From a virus, in IMG/VR virus record IMGVR_UViG_3300035510_000237: a DNA stretch of 43,034 nucleotides, one strand, 5' to 3'. Shown here one piece after another: positions 1-13,910 of this stretch (position 1 is the stretch's first letter; each line of letters opens with the position of its first letter). The notes under the pieces were generated by a model. It was not told where the DNA came from and did no database searches. It saw nothing but the letters and a program-made list of their open reading frames with translations. The translations under genes and the position numbers were made by a program.

Positions 1-2148
1 TGTACCAAGACCAAGTAACTTCACAACCAGATAAATCCTATTCTTCATTATCAGAATTATATAATCTAGCAGTTAAAGTAACAGTGTCTTTTTGCGCCCA
101 AACACCATTCTCTGACAATAATGTAAGACCATTTTCACTATTGTCGAAATCAATTATTAAAGTAACATCAGTGCCAGACGTACCCGCCTAACCAAAAGTA
201 AATTCCTTCTAAGTATTATAAACTAATCTATCTTTTGTAACTGAGCATTCTATAATGTTATTTGTTAAATTAGCATTATAATAACTATTAATTGTATAAT
301 AACAGTATGGGTCTATCGTTCCATCAGAGTTAGCATAATGAGTAATTATAATCTAGTCCCCAATAGTTTCTCCTTCTTCAGGGATTAACATAGTATTACT
401 TGCGGGGAACCTCCAAACTATCTTTTCCGCGTCAGTTAATAAAGTTCCACTACTTGAGACAGAAGTATTTTCATAACCATTTAAATCAAAATGTGCTTCA
501 AGAGTTCTAACTATTTTAGACTAATTAGAATCTAAAAGCTAATTATTTAAACCATATATTCTATAGTTGCCATATGATTTATCAACACAATAAATGCTTA
601 AAGCTGAATCTGCATACAATGTTTCATAGCTACGAACTTCTTCTGTATTGGTAAATGTCACGATGTCTGTTTTAAGAATTTCTCCAGTAGAACGATTAAA
701 AACAATAGCTTTAATTTTTTCTTCCTATTTAGTAAAATCTGGAATAAAGGTATATGAGAAAGATGCGGGCTTCCAAAGCTAAGCCTCCTAACATTCTGCA
801 ATTGCTTCAGTGTAAGTTTTATTTACCTCGTCTAATGCTTTTTGATAGGCTTCTTCTGTTTTAAAATATCCTTCTTCATAACTTTGGTTTACTAATTCTA
901 TATTAGACGTCCAAGAAGCGTTTAATTCATCTTCTTTATCAAAATAATTAGTTGTTAAATCTGTAATGCCAGAAGCCTCTTCATCATAATCCCAATAAAC
1001 TCCACAATACTAATCTCCAGAAGGAGCACCATAATTATATCTATACCAACGAATTTCGTAAAATAAATTATTTTCTTTATCTTCAGTTTCATCCTAGCCT
1101 ACCACAAAACCGTCCTGGTTTTCATCCAAATGAACCCATCTTAAATAAACAGTTTTCTACTAACTAGAGTCTATAGATTCATAATAATCATCTAATGAAT
1201 TTGCATCAGTGATTTCTATGTTACTCGTTTTAACGCTTGAATCTCCTGTAGCGCTATAAGTAGTGGAATCAAAAGTATATAAATAAACTCTATCAGTATC
1301 ATCTGCGCCCAGGTCAAAACCCGCGCAAATATAAATGTCCTTACAGAATAAATTAGACCATAATTCGATTTCGCTATCTTCTTCAAGATAAGGAATCTAA
1401 TTACCATATTTGTCTTTAAAAGTTCCTGGGACTTCATAAAATTCAACTTTTAAATAATAAAGAGTACCAATATCGCTTATATCAAAAACTTTCTCCTGAG
1501 AATAATAGCTCTCAAAATTATATGGATCACCATACATATCAGAAGATTTCAAATAAAAAATATATTCTTTAACTTGATTAGCTTCTTTATAATCTATATC
1601 TTCTGTATTTCTTGCAAGAATAGTAACCTTTAAACCATAATCACCTGTAACAGCATTGCTTACCCAAGTTTTAAACTAACCCTAAATGCCTAATCGTTCA
1701 AAACCAGTATATATCTCGTTTTCTATATCAAAAGTCTTTTCATAAATTGTTTGAGTAGTACGTTCCACTCCATTAGCTGTCAATCCACCAGCATTCTAAA
1801 ATGTAACCAAATTGCCAGTTAAATCAAGCACTGCATCAAAAGGAGTATTAAAAACAAAAGGCTCTGTGGTATCGCTTGTTTTCTTTCCAATAATTATTTT
1901 CTAATTATTAAAATCTCCATTTGGAATAGTAACGTACACAGTAGTATTAGTTGTATAATTAGTAACTGTCGAATAAGCTGTAAAAGTAATTGAGCCATCA
2001 GTAACTTTATATTTGCCTTCTTTAGCGTCAGTATTGTCTGTAATAGTACATACTAATGTTTTATCATAAGAAATACTATCAACAGTTGCCTAACTAACTA
2101 TTTCTATAGCTTCAAGAAGCTTATCCTAAAGGTCAACCACTTGAGTTG
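1..2148 (-). CDS. Large tail/baseplate structural protein downstream of the tape measure gene (Dit/Tal-like position). 5' partial; continues beyond the window start. TAG-recoded.
   Basis: Hand translation of the minus strand from the TTG at ~2146-2148 (AGGAGG RBS at ~2161) gives one frame open to position 1. It is interrupted only by TAG, about 20 of them, with no TAA or TGA. The sequence is protein-like, e.g. ...NIEITDANSLDDYYESIDSS..RWYRYNYGAPSGD... Confidence 0.55.
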
Positions 2149-2242
2149 AATCCGCCAATACTATTCCTCCTTTTTCTCTTATTCTATTATAACTTATTTT
2201 TTTATCTAAGTCAATTTTTATTTTTGGGCCAAAGTAAATAAT

Positions 2243-2268
2243 AGGGAGTAGATTAAGTATCTACTCCC
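2243..2268 (-). terminator. Hairpin terminator downstream of the TMP gene.
   Basis: GGGAGTAGAT-taag-TATCTACTCCC perfect 10-bp stem just 3' of the TMP stop, followed on the minus strand by an AT-rich tract. Confidence 0.4.
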
Positions 2269-2280
2269 TATAATATAATT

Positions 2281-5200
2281 ATTTTCGATTTGCATATTGA
2301 GAAGCTGCATTTACTAAAGTATTTAAAGCTTCTTGAATTTCATTTTTATCAGTTACATTCGGGAACTCGGCATGAATAGTAACTTCTTGTTCAAGAACTT
2401 GGCTTTCTGTTTGCGGGATTGCTGTCTAGAGCATCGCCTCAAAGCCAGCTGCTGCACTCTAAGCATTTAAATCAATCGTCTAAGAAATAGCTCTAATCAT
2501 TTCAACGGCTGATAATAAATTCTCAGTATCATTAGCGTTAAGAACCAATTCTTTCTAATGAAGGAAAGCAAGTTTACCTTCCGGCCCCCATTCACCTGTA
2601 TAACCGCCTGTAGCCAGGCCAACAGCTGTCATATTAGCATCAGTAAACCAAGAAGTTCCATCATAAAGGAGAGTTTTATCAATGTAATTTTTTTGCTCAT
2701 CTGTTAAAGTTCCTTCTTTATACTTTTTAAACGCAGCAGTTAATCTGTCAGTTGAAACATCCGTAACAGTACCATTTGCCTCTATTTTATCATCTCTGCC
2801 CTACTCTAATTCTTTATATTGCTCATCATCTACTGAGCCACCATTTTTAATATAATTACCCATTGCTACAGAATAATCTTTAATAACTTCCGTGGAAGAT
2901 ATAGAGCCTGCAGAATTTTCTTCTAAAGTAGTATTCTATAATGCGGCATATTGCATCATAGCATTTATTAAATCATATAAAGTATCTCTTTGATCTGCAT
3001 ATGCTTTAGTTACTGTATTAACAGCATTTAATTCATCCCCAAGTTTATCTACAACTATATCAGCCTCTTTAACCAAAGCGTCTGAAGCTGTGGTAGTATC
3101 TTTTACCGCAGTGGTAAGATCCCCATAAGATGTTTTTAAATCACTATTAACTTCCGAAACTCTAGTATTATAATCATTAATAGCTTGTAAACAATCAGAG
3201 GTATATTGAGTAGTATATTGCTCCCAAGTCTATGCTGATGACATCATTCCACTATAAGCTGAGGACCAAGCTTCCTCGACCTAACCAAGATCTTCCTAAG
3301 TAGCTAACTTATATAATTCCTAATACTATTCTAATTTTTCTGTATAATAACTATTACAATCAGCTAATGCTTTTTGATAATCTTCATATGTAGCATATTC
3401 GCCATTTAACCATTTTTCATTTATCGAAGCAAGTTCATCTGTCCAAGACTGCATTGTCTCGGCATATTTTTCAGCATAATCATTTGCGCCATCAAGATAA
3501 AGATTATAAAGGGCATTAGTTTTATCTTCATAATTCTATAAAGCATCGCTTATAGTATCCTAGTCGGCAGTATACACATAACCCCAATTACCTTCACTGT
3601 CTCGACTCATGCGTACCGTGCTCTTAGCATTTTTTGCTTCTTCAAGAGCAATTTCAGCGACTAACTAGTCATATTTTGCCTACTAAATTTTTAATTGATA
3701 TTCGCTTAATTTATTCTAATTTTTTAATTCTTCTGTTTCGGCGATAAACGCATTTAATTTACTTTTAGCGGCTTTATTAGTTGTACTTTCTAAAGCCTAT
3801 GTGGCCGTACGCATTAACTTAGTAGTTTCATAAATCTAATTAGTAGTAGTTAAATATTCTTCCTAAAGAGATTTAGCTCTATCCATCGAAGTAGTTAAAT
3901 CTGCTAAATTATTAATATCTTCTAGCCCAGAAGTAATCATTTCTTCCCAAGCATCTTGAATTTCAGCAAACTGCTAAGTAACAATATCTTTTGCGGCTTG
4001 CGCGGTTTCTTCAAGTTTACTTAAATATTCATCTTCGGCAGTGTTTACCTATTCAGTGATAGCGTCATACTCTTTCTTTAACATTTCCCATCCATATGGG
4101 TCAGCATCCTAATCAAAGGTCGCTAACTATGCTGCTATCGTGACCTACTGGTCTTTGTACATATCATAAGAACTTTTTGCCACCTATAATTCATTTGCAG
4201 TAGTGGTATACTTCCCTTCAAGAATGGCGTTAATAGAATCATAATCTTTTGTCGAACCAAGTAGTCCCTAAAGAGTCTAGAAATGAGAAAGACGAGAAGT
4301 ATAAGCCGCTAACCTATCAGTATATTTACCAATTTCATCAGCAACCGCACTAAGTGAATCACTATAATAATTTAACATTTCTTGGTCAGTTGATAAAATA
4401 TCAGATACCAAACTTGTTACATTGTCAAAGCTCGTTTGAACACTATCATAATAATCTGCTTCAGAAATTTCACCAGCTAAATATGCTTGACGCATTGCTT
4501 CATCACTAACAAGCTAAGTATCATATTTAGATTCATAATCATCTATTTTACTCATGGTAAGAGCTGCTTTTTCGGCTAAACGATATACATTATCTCCTAA
4601 TATATCTATTTTTAATCCTATTAGAGTTAAATCATTATCTATAATCTAAAAATGATTATCTAACCAATAAGTTAGTTTTTCATACATCAAATCCTACATT
4701 TCATAAAGATTGTCGTCAATCTCATCTGTAATATCATTACCTTTATCAACAGAGTCGTTAAGGTTTGAATACCATTTATCTTCAATCGCAAAATAGGCTT
4801 TTAATTCTTCAATTACGCCATTCCAATAGGCTTGGTCATCTGCATTATCGGCTTTGGCTGCCTATAAAGTTGCATAGTCTAAAGCCTCGCCTAAAGCTTC
4901 AGCCCTTTCTCCCTCATTAGTGGCTTCATGAGTTACAGGATCATATACTATATCAGGGATTTTACTTAAAAGGTCCTACATTGTCGAGGTCTGCGTTTCA
5001 CTAGCTATGCCATCCTTTTTAATAGCTGCAGCAATCTCAGCATATCCTTCTGTTGCAGTAGCTTCATTTTTCTATGCTTTAGCAAGATATTCGAGGGTTT
5101 TGCCCTAATTAATATTATACTCTTCCTATAATTCCACACTTTTTTCTGCTAATTTTTCGTATTCTTCATTTATTTTATCTATTTTGTTCTAACCATAAGC

Positions 5201-8200
5201 ACGTTCTATCTATTTTTCTAATTTACTAATTGCTCTATCTAAAGAATTTAAGGTACGAGTAAAATCTTGGTATTCGTCACTAATAATATCACTTATATCA
5301 AAATCTTCAATTCTTTCTAAATACCCAATCGCATCAGCAATCTAATCATCAATATCAGAAATTAAATCTAAAGTATCGTTGTACTAATCATAATATTCCT
5401 ACCAATAAGATAGCCAATCTTCAGCTTCATCATATCCAACTTCTTCTTTGTAAGCATCTTGCTCTTCCTAAGTGGATAGCCCATTTAAATACTCATCCCA
5501 AGCATCAAATTTGGGCTAAATTGCAGCTGCTATATCATCATAAGTAGTAGTTAAATGACCATCATCATCATATTCTAATGTAAATGTAGTGCCAAAATAA
5601 TTGCCTAGTTCTTGAGTCGCTTTTTCTAAGTTAGCCTAGTCTTGTGGTAAATATGTTTCTTCTGCTAATTTCTTTTCTTGCTCTAGCAAAGATACATATT
5701 CTTTATTTTTTTTACAAATTTCAGCTAGGGCGCCTAATCTATCCGCGCCATAAAGGTTATCAGCCGCTTTATTAGCTTTCTCTAACGCTTTACTTACATC
5801 ACTAATTGAATTTTCTATTGTTTCATAACGATTAAAGCGCTACGTTTTAGCTGTCCTTTTAGCAGGAGAAGAAGAACCACTGCCACCAGAAGAACCTCCT
5901 GAGCTAGAACCTCCTCCGCCGCCTGAAGCTTTAGCGGTTGCACCAGAGCCAGAACCATTATATGAGGTTCCACTTGGACTAACAACTGGTAATGTAATAT
6001 CGCCAGCGCCAGTACCATTAGCAGTTGTTGTCTACTAAAATTCTGCATTAATCTCCTGTGCTGCATTACCAGTACCTATTGTTCCAGTCATCGTCCAAGA
6101 AGAATTAGATGTCGCTCCCGCATTTTCGGTAGATGAAAGGGTTTCTTGTTCGACATTTAACTAACCTTCAATTTGGTCTAATGCCATCTAATAAGCAGTA
6201 TTATAATCATAACCAGCATCTACTAATTCCTAAGTGACTTCATCAATCATGCTATTAACGGCATTATGTAGATTTGAAAAATCAGCACCACAACCTAGCT
6301 AACTAAGAATTTCATCCATCCCATCAACACCGTTAGCTAATAAGTCGCTCCAAGTTAATCCAGCATTTGTTAATACTGTACTAACATTATCCATTTCCTA
6401 AAGAGTACTATCATCTAACCCTGAAATTACATCAGCCCATTTAATAGTAATATAATCAAAATCTACATTAAATCCAATTGAATTTAATAAGGCTTCAACT
6501 TCATCAGTGGTCATCTAACCAGTAGCTAGCATTTCATTCAATGCTGCTAAAAATTCTGTATCGTCTAGTGTAGCGCCAACTTCTAAGTTATCTAAATCTA
6601 AATTATCAATAGCTTTCTCTAATTTAGTAAGTGCTTTATCATCAAGTTTTAAACTAACTAAATAATCTTTTGCAACTTCTTTCTAAAGGGCTTTTAGAGA
6701 GGCAATGTCTCCGTCACTAGCTTTCTAAATTAAATCTAAATTTTTAGCAACAGTATTATTAGAAACTTTTACTCCAAAGATTTTAGATAAAGCAGTACCA
6801 ACTGAAGATAAAGATTTTGCCGTATCAACAGATATATCACTTAAATTGCCAGAAGCTTTTTTAACTTTTGCTAGTTCGTCACTATAATCATCTAATGCGT
6901 CAGCTAAATCATCAAATCCCTCTTGTGCAGACATAGCTGAAGCTGCCATCTATAAAGCTAAAGTCTACATCTACTCAGTGCTTCTTGCGGCATCTCCTAA
7001 AGCACTATTATAAGCTTCTAATACCCCATATAAAACATCAGCATAGTTTGACAACTCAGTAGCGTCTAAGCCAGTGTCAGAAGCAGTAGCAGCCAAAGCT
7101 GCTTGATAGGCTTCATCCCAAGCCTCTGCAAGTTTTTTTACAGCTTCAGTTTCTTCGTTAATACCTTCAATCTAAGATATAGCGTCAAAAGCATCATCTA
7201 AATCCATTAAGTCATTTATATCTTCAACAGAAGCTGATAATACCTAAACTCCTGCAACCATAGCATCTACATTATCAATTAATCCTGAGTCTATCCAAGA
7301 AGCTAATTCAGTACCATCCATTGCGGAAGTAGCTAATGCAATTTCAGCAGCCAACTATTCTGCAGCGTTTGCAGTTTCATCAAAATAAGCAGCATTTTCT
7401 GCCATTATTTCATCTAATCTTTGAACTGCTGCATACTATTCTGAATAACTGGCATTAACATCATTAATTATATCCTAAAGGTCTTGTAGCTCCCCAATTG
7501 ATAAATCAATTCCCTAATTATTTGAAGCAAGATCTGTTAAAGCATCAATTTGAGAATTAGCTTTTCCTCGTCCAATATATGAATTTCCATATCCCTATTC
7601 TATAAAAGAAGAAGAAGTATCTACATCAGATCGAACCTCCGCCGCCCGCAAAGACTAAATTTCATTAATGAAAGGCTAAATAGTAATTTCATGAGCTGCT
7701 TTCTAAAATTCTTCCGCATCGCCAGTAAGCATAGCTGTGCCATCAGCTAGTACAGTAAAAAATTTATCAGTTAATTCTGTACCTAAATCTGACTATAAAG
7801 TAGTATAATCTTCAGAACTTACAGTATCACCTTTAGATAATCCACTTATAATTTTTTGAACAGCTGCATAAATTTCAGATGCCGTAGCTGTAGATACTGC
7901 TCCAAGCTACTGCATTGTATTAATAATTTTCTATAAATCAGAATCTGATTCAGTAACAACTATTCCAGTTTCTTCTAACTTTGCTTTAAATTCATCTACT
8001 GTTATGTCTGAAAAATCTAATTCTCCTAATACCGTTGCAAATTCTCCAGCATCATCTCCAAGATTTTTAAACATATCACTGACACCCTGCATGGCGGTTT
8101 TGCCATATTTATCGTAAGCAGTTTGTAATAAATCTCCGACAATACTAGCTTGGTCAAGATTTAAGTCTTTGCCTGCATCAGAGTCCATTAATGAAGTATA

Positions 8201-11200
8201 AACTTTATTAACACTATCGGATAAATTATTTCCTATGGCATCAAAGCTGGCTTGTAATAACTGATTTGCCACATCTACATTTATTTTAAAATTATCTAAT
8301 GTATTAAAACCAAAAGTCTGAGCTTCTTCATTTGTGGTTAAAGTATTTACATAATTCTAAATATTATTTACATCTTTTGAACTTAAATTAGAAAAATTTG
8401 AACCTCCAGATAGCCCCAATAGCGCTGAAGTAGCCTCTGCGCCAAGTCCCTCTTTATTAATTAAATTTTCCTATAACTACTGCGCTTCTAATGTAGCCTA
8501 AGCTAGCTGCTCGGCTGTTTCAATAGCACCTTCGCCTAAATCCCCTAAATAAACATTTAAATCTTCTGCGGTTATACCTAATTCATCAACAAGTTTATCA
8601 AAACCAAAAGTAGATACTGCCCCTTCAGCAGAATTTATATCCGCAGCAGCTTCATACTTTTTAATTCGCTTATCATAATCTCCATAGTCTTCTAAATAAT
8701 CTACTAAAGCCCGCTGATAATTTTCTGCAGTAAATTCTGGAGTAGTTGTCTAAGCCAAAGACTATCTAGCAACTAAATTTTGAATTTCCGCAGAAGCATT
8801 ATTATAATCTGAACTATTTAATCCAAGCAAATTATTCTAAGCTAGCTAAGTTTTTATTAAATCATTGCTTTCTTCTCGTCCATCAATATTTGCCACTAAA
8901 GTACTAATATCTGTTAATGAAGCACTAATATTGTCTAACTCATCTGTAGATAATACTCCAATTACATCTGTAAAACCAGAATTAATAATGTCCCATTTAG
9001 CATTCTCATCATCACTAGTTCTTAAAGTCTCAATCGCCTATGTAAAATTCTCTATACCATTTTCTGAAATATAAGAAACAATATTGCTTAACTAGTCTTT
9101 ATCAATACCAATACTTTTTGCTGTCTCTTTAATGTCAACAGCATTCTAGTCTTGATTATTTGAAATAGTATCAGCATATTCTTGCGATAAAGCATCTCGG
9201 CTTTCTTGTAAAACTTTATTAATATAATTCTAATAAGTCTCACTGGTAGTATCTAAGCCAAGTACGCCATTTACATTGGTAACCGCAGCAGCTAATTCAG
9301 GATAAGTTTGAATTAATTCAAGAACTTTTTGATTTAATTCTTCAACCGCTTCTCGCCATTCATCAGTGCCTTCAGTCATTTCATCTAAAGCTGAACGAGC
9401 ATCCGCTATATCATCAAGAGAAGACTGTAAATCATCATAAGCCTATTGAGCCTCTTCTGCTTTTTCGGTAGATTCTTCCAATTTTTTGGTAGAAGCCTCA
9501 AGAGCATCTTCTTCTTTATTCTAAGCTTGAATCCAATTATAAATAGCACTACCTACAATTGCAATAGCTGCAGCCACCGCTAAAATAACAAGAGCTGCAC
9601 TGCCCATTGAAGCAGATAAAGCTTCATTTGCCATTACTTCTGCCCAAATAGCTCCTGTGACCGTTGTATGCTCTTCTGCCTCAACAGCCTTCTCAGCGGC
9701 CACTTTAACAGAATTAGCAATTTCTTCTCCCTATGTAATTGTTAATATTTTAAGAATTAGATTTTCTGCATTAATAGATTTTGTTAAAAGGTTATATGCT
9801 GCCGTTAAAGTTGGTATTGTCATACCAATAGCCATCATGACTGAAGAAACCGTTTCCCATTTTGAAGCATCAGGATCTTGAATTTTCTCCCAAGCTGTTT
9901 TCCAAGTGCTCATTAGCATGCTAACTGACATAATAGTCGAACCTAGAGACTAAATAACTTGGCCCCAATTAACAACTTTCCCCTGCATATTACTAATAGT
10001 CTTACCAGCTTTATTAGTACTCTGCTCCAAATTCTTCTACTAAATATTAAATTGTGCAGTCTTTTTTCCCGCTGTTTCAGCAGCAGCACCTACTTTATCT
10101 ATAATTTCAGCTTCTTTAGAGCCTGCCTAAACGTTTACATTTAGCATACTAGAAGTGGTAGCTGTATTTGCTCCAGAGCCAAAATGAGTCATTAATCCAC
10201 TCATGGTATTATCTACGCCTTTTAAACCGGTTTCAATATTTTCCAAATCTAATTTAGCAGGTTCAAACATTCCGTCGCTATCAACCTCAATAGTAGACAT
10301 CTATTCTTTTAACTAAGTAAATGCATTTACAAGACCTTGCGCCTTCTCTCTCTCTTCTGGTTCAATTAATTCAGAATTAGCAATTTCTTGATACTTCTAA
10401 ATAGCCTAATCTAAGCTTTCAGTAAAAACATTAGCATTTACTTTACCAGTACTGTCTAAAGCTTTTTTAAGTGCATCAACTTGTTCACGACCTTCGCCAA
10501 CTGTTTTAGCAAGATTAGTGAATTGAGCCATGTCTATTTTAGTAGTTTTAAGCTCTGATATTTTATCTATAAGTCCTTGAACTTCATTCTAAAGCTTTAA
10601 AATATCAGAACCAGTAGTTTTAGAAGCAATACCTTCCTTTTCGGCCGCCTACACTTCTTCATAAGCAGCTTTTACTTTTACCAGTGTGCCAACTGCATCT
10701 ATTCCTTTTTCATTAAGTTCCGTTAGAGTGGCATCATCCAATTCTCCTACTACAGTATCTAAAGGCGTATATAAATTATTTAATAATGTTTGTTTTCTAC
10801 TTTCATTCTATAAATTAGCAGAAGTCTTATCTGTCGCAGCTACAGTCAAATCCTACATAGCTGACGCCGAAATTCCTCCAGATACAGCTGTTACAGAGGA
10901 TAAAGCCCTCCTAGCCTCAACAGTTCTAGCTATAGCTTCAGCTTCTTCATTGGCTTTATCAACTACCTATCCCTATGCAATAAGCTAATCACCCATAAGA
11001 GCATTAATATTAATTAATTCCTATGCGTGCTTTACCTAAGCTTCACTTAAATTACTTTCGTTAATAAGAAGCTTTTGCTATATCGAGGCAATATTCTAAT
11101 AATTTGATACGGTTGCCTAGCTCTCAGCCGATGTTGATGTTGCGGTCATCTATTGTAGCTATGTAGAAGCTTCTTGCTTCATAGAAGTCGCTTGTTTAGC

Positions 11201-13175
11201 CGCCTGACCTGTTATAATGCTAATATTAGATTTTATTCTTTCAAATCCCGCAGTAATTGAGTTGCCAAATAACGCCAAAAAAGCAGGAACCACTACTTTA
11301 GTAACTACTCCGCCTAAACCGCCTAATTTATCAATTAACGTATCAATTACTTCAATAAAACCTTCAATACCATCTAAAGCAGAAATAAAAGCATCATCAT
11401 CAATTAACTTAGAATAAATACTTTCTAAAGCTGCTTGCACTCTATCACTAGCAGCCTCCCAGCTTTCAGCATAAATATCCTATTGCTCCTAAAGGGTGCC
11501 CTCAGAAGTAGCAGCTGTCTCCAAATTCTGCTACATAGCGTCCCAGTTATCCATTAAAGCAACAAACTGAGTATACTGTCTTGTACCAGCAACGGTTTCA
11601 GCCAGCGCCATCTAAGTATCCTTGCTTAAAGTAGACCATTTAGCTGCGGTTTCGTCAAGGATAGTATCCATATCCTTTAAATCGCCAGAAGCATCTTTAA
11701 TATTTACTCCGACTTTCTCCAAAGCCTGAGAATAAGTACCTAAAGAAGTACCATCATCAAGAGTTTCTCCTAACTCTAGGTCTTGGATTCTCGCAAAAAC
11801 TGTTTTTAAAGCTGTACCTACTACATCGGCAGACTGACGAGTCTATGCTGTAATAGTAGCTAAAGCAGAGGCCGCATAATCATAGCTTAAACCTACGGTA
11901 TCACCTACAGCTGCGAACTTCTCAACGCCTTCTGCGATTTCTGCCGCACTAGATGCAGTCGTAGCACCTAACTTAGTAAGTACATCCGCATAACGCTCTA
12001 AGTTATCAGAACCATCTGAGAAGTTATTCCAAATAGCTGTCATATACTCGGAAACAGTATCCGCAGATTCGCCCATGACATTAGCTAGCTTTACGGTCGT
12101 TTCAACACGCTCGGCAACCTCTTCGTCATTTAACCTTTATATTCCATATAGCTCGCTACTTCTATATGCGTTCTCTTATGAACTGCTACAACTTTTCAAT
12201 TGTAGAGTAGACTATATCTCACCTAATATGAATGGTATTATCATTTTGTCCATCCTAGGTATTCCCTTTTCGATTCGCTTGAATCTACTCCTCTTTGACC
12301 GAGGATAGTCGTTGAACCTTTCTCTTATCGAGACTTGGCTGCGGATTGCCCAATCTTTTACCTTTTTACTATACCCATGATGATTAATCATAGCCATCAA
12401 ATTCTCTCTTTGATTTAGTAGTAAAAGCTCTAAGGGCTTGCCCGCAATTAAAGAATTTTTAGGGCAATAAATCTTTTATATTTATACGCTTGCCTTTGAT
12501 AATTATAAATTTACTACCATCAGCTCGTGTTTTAATTAATTCCGACTAAAGAAGATTTTAATTTTCCCTATTGATAATAAATCAGCGACGCGTTCGTATA
12601 ATCTGTCGTTGTGGTGCTTAAAGCTTTAGCTGCTTTATTCGCATTCTCTGCGAAGACCGCCATCTAGTCGCTAGTCTGCCCAGTAACAATTCTAATATTG
12701 TTTAATGATTCATTTAAATCTTCCGCATAATTAACAGCGGTTGAAATTCCACTCATTAAGCCATGAATAATACTAGATGATAACTACCATTTAGCTGCAT
12801 TCATTAAAGTGACTTTCAAGTCAGACATTAATGTGCTAGTCTATCTTAATGGAACCTCAGCATTCTAAATAGATGTCGCCAAAGAAGCAAATGCTTTCTA
12901 CCCACTAGTGCCGCAAGCCTCTAAAGTCTTACGATAAGATTCAAGACTTGTGCCACTCTATTTCAAAGAAGTATTAAACTTCGTTAAATCTAATTTACCA
13001 GAAGGAAGTGTAGCTTGCGCCAGCTATGTCTTTAATTGCGCGGCGGCCGCACTAGCTTCCTATATCTCTTTGGTTAAAATATTCTGGCCGCTACTTACGC
13101 TTGAGCCACTCGCAAGCTCAGTTAGCTATTTCTGTAAATCCTATAACTACGCCTTGGCCTAGGCAGTATCCGCGG
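2281..13175 (-). CDS. Tail tape measure protein, one giant TAG-recoded ORF. join(12541..13175, 2281..12134) with a group I intron at 12135..12540; about 3,480 aa after splicing.
   Basis: ATG at 13173-13175 follows an AAAGGAG RBS. The N-terminus has a TMP core, ...AAKALSTTTTDYTNASLIYYQQG | (K)LNDEEVAERVETTVKLANVMGESADTVSEYMTAIWNNF..LTKLGATTASSAAEIAEGVEKFAAVGDTVGLSYDYAASALATI... The C-terminus ...EIQEALNTLVNAASQYANRK* (TAA at ~2281) is typical of Firmicutes siphovirus TMPs. All ATG ORFs of at least 60 aa on the track between 4277 and 12076 share one frame and all terminate at TAG. I read 2281-5880 and 11159-12134 continuously with only TAG interruptions. There is a GGS-rich low-complexity stretch at ~5840-5960. 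Confidence 0.6.
12135..12540 (-). other. Group I self-splicing intron in the TMP gene, ORF-less.
   Basis: Minus-strand reading finds the core elements. P-like AATTGCGGGCAAG is the revcomp of ~12421-12433. Q is AATCCGCAGC exact, revcomp of ~12335-12344. R is GTTCAACGACTA exact, revcomp of ~12299-12310. S-like AGATATAGTCT is the revcomp of ~12200-12210. Splice sites were chosen so the 5' exon ends in U, the intron ends in G, and the frame is restored (..IYYQQGK|MLNDEEV..). The intron carries TAA/TGA stops in all frames. Confidence 0.7.
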
Positions 13176-13257
13176 TAAACGCTAGATTTACAGTAATCTA
13201 TTGTGCCATATATTTACTCCTTTCTCTCTCGGTTTTTCTATTTGCAAATAAAAAAAT

Positions 13258-13295
13258 AAAGGGTATTAGAGCTAAATAACTCTAATACCCTTAAC
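13258..13295. terminator. Bidirectional stem-loop between the chaperone-like gene and the TMP gene.
   Basis: AGGGTATTAGAG-ctaaataa-CTCTAATACCCT 12-bp stem flanked by A/T runs. Confidence 0.4.
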
Positions 13296-13328
13296 TCCTA
13301 TAATTATCTTAAAAAATGAATAACTATA

Positions 13329-13856
13329 TTATCCAAGTTTGGTTAGTACATCCTTCACCAGCGTCAGATTATCTGAATCAGATAAAGTCTCTGCAATCTG
13401 CTTGGCGTTAAAATCTGTATCGCTATAATCCGCCTTAATGACCTCTAAAAGCCCAACAATAGAATTACGGTATGTATAAAGAGACTAGGCGCAATCATTG
13501 ATTCCATCAATAATTGCATTGTACTCTATCTCTGGAATAGCGGCTACAATCTTATCAATAATGCCATTGCCCTCAAGCAAATCATAGATTTTTACGGGGT
13601 CTTCCTTCTGCTTCTCTGTAAATGAAAGATTAGTATACTGATAAATAACCTCTAATGCGCCAAACATTTCCAGCTTTACAGGATTTGAAAAACTATTATT
13701 ATCCTAAGCATTATTAATAACATTAGAAATAAGAATTAATTTATCATTAACAGAAAGATACTGTTTAACTTCAACACTTACATCACCAGTAAGCTAAACA
13801 ACTTTAACATCTGTATTCTTTGAAAGGCCAAGTTTAGTAAATGATACTTTTGCCAT
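13329..13856 (-). CDS. Tail assembly chaperone-like protein (position-based call), TAG-recoded, ~175 aa.
   Basis: AGGAGAAATTAAA-ATG start. The protein reads MAKVSFTKLGLSKNTDVKVV(Q)LTGDVSVEVKQYLSVNDKLILISNVINNA(Q)DNNSFSNPVKLEMFGALEVIYQYTNLSFTEKQKEDPVKIYDLLEGNGIIDKIVAAIPEIEYNAIIDGINDCA(Q)SLYTYRNSIVGLLEVIKADYSDTDFNAKQIAETLSDSDNLTLVKDVLTKLG* with TAA at ~13329. It contains track ORF 13485..13667. It lies immediately 5' of the TMP gene. Confidence 0.45.
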
Positions 13857-13910
13857 TTTAATTTCTCCTTTTTCTCTTTTTATATAGTATAACATAATTT
13901 TTAAGAAAAG

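Noticed and set aside
5815-6066. The 83-aa minus-strand track ORF (MQHRRLMQNFSRQQLLMVLALAIL...).
   Set aside because: It is in a different frame from all other minus ORFs in the region and lies over the GGS-rich low-complexity stretch of the TMP. It is an out-of-frame artefact.
12212-12400. The 62-aa track ORF inside the TMP intron, as a possible intron-encoded endonuclease.
   Set aside because: It overlaps the Q, R and S core elements of the intron. It has no nuclease motif and no RBS. It is a chance ORF within structured RNA.
8865-13162. Plus-strand track ORFs inside the TMP region (8865..9074, 9657..9881, 9959..10144, 10686..10988, 11217..11417, 12075..12308, 12950..13162).
   Set aside because: They are antisense to a continuous conserved TMP frame. 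They have no RBS or promoters and are compositionally odd. They are by-products of the TAG-rich coding strand.
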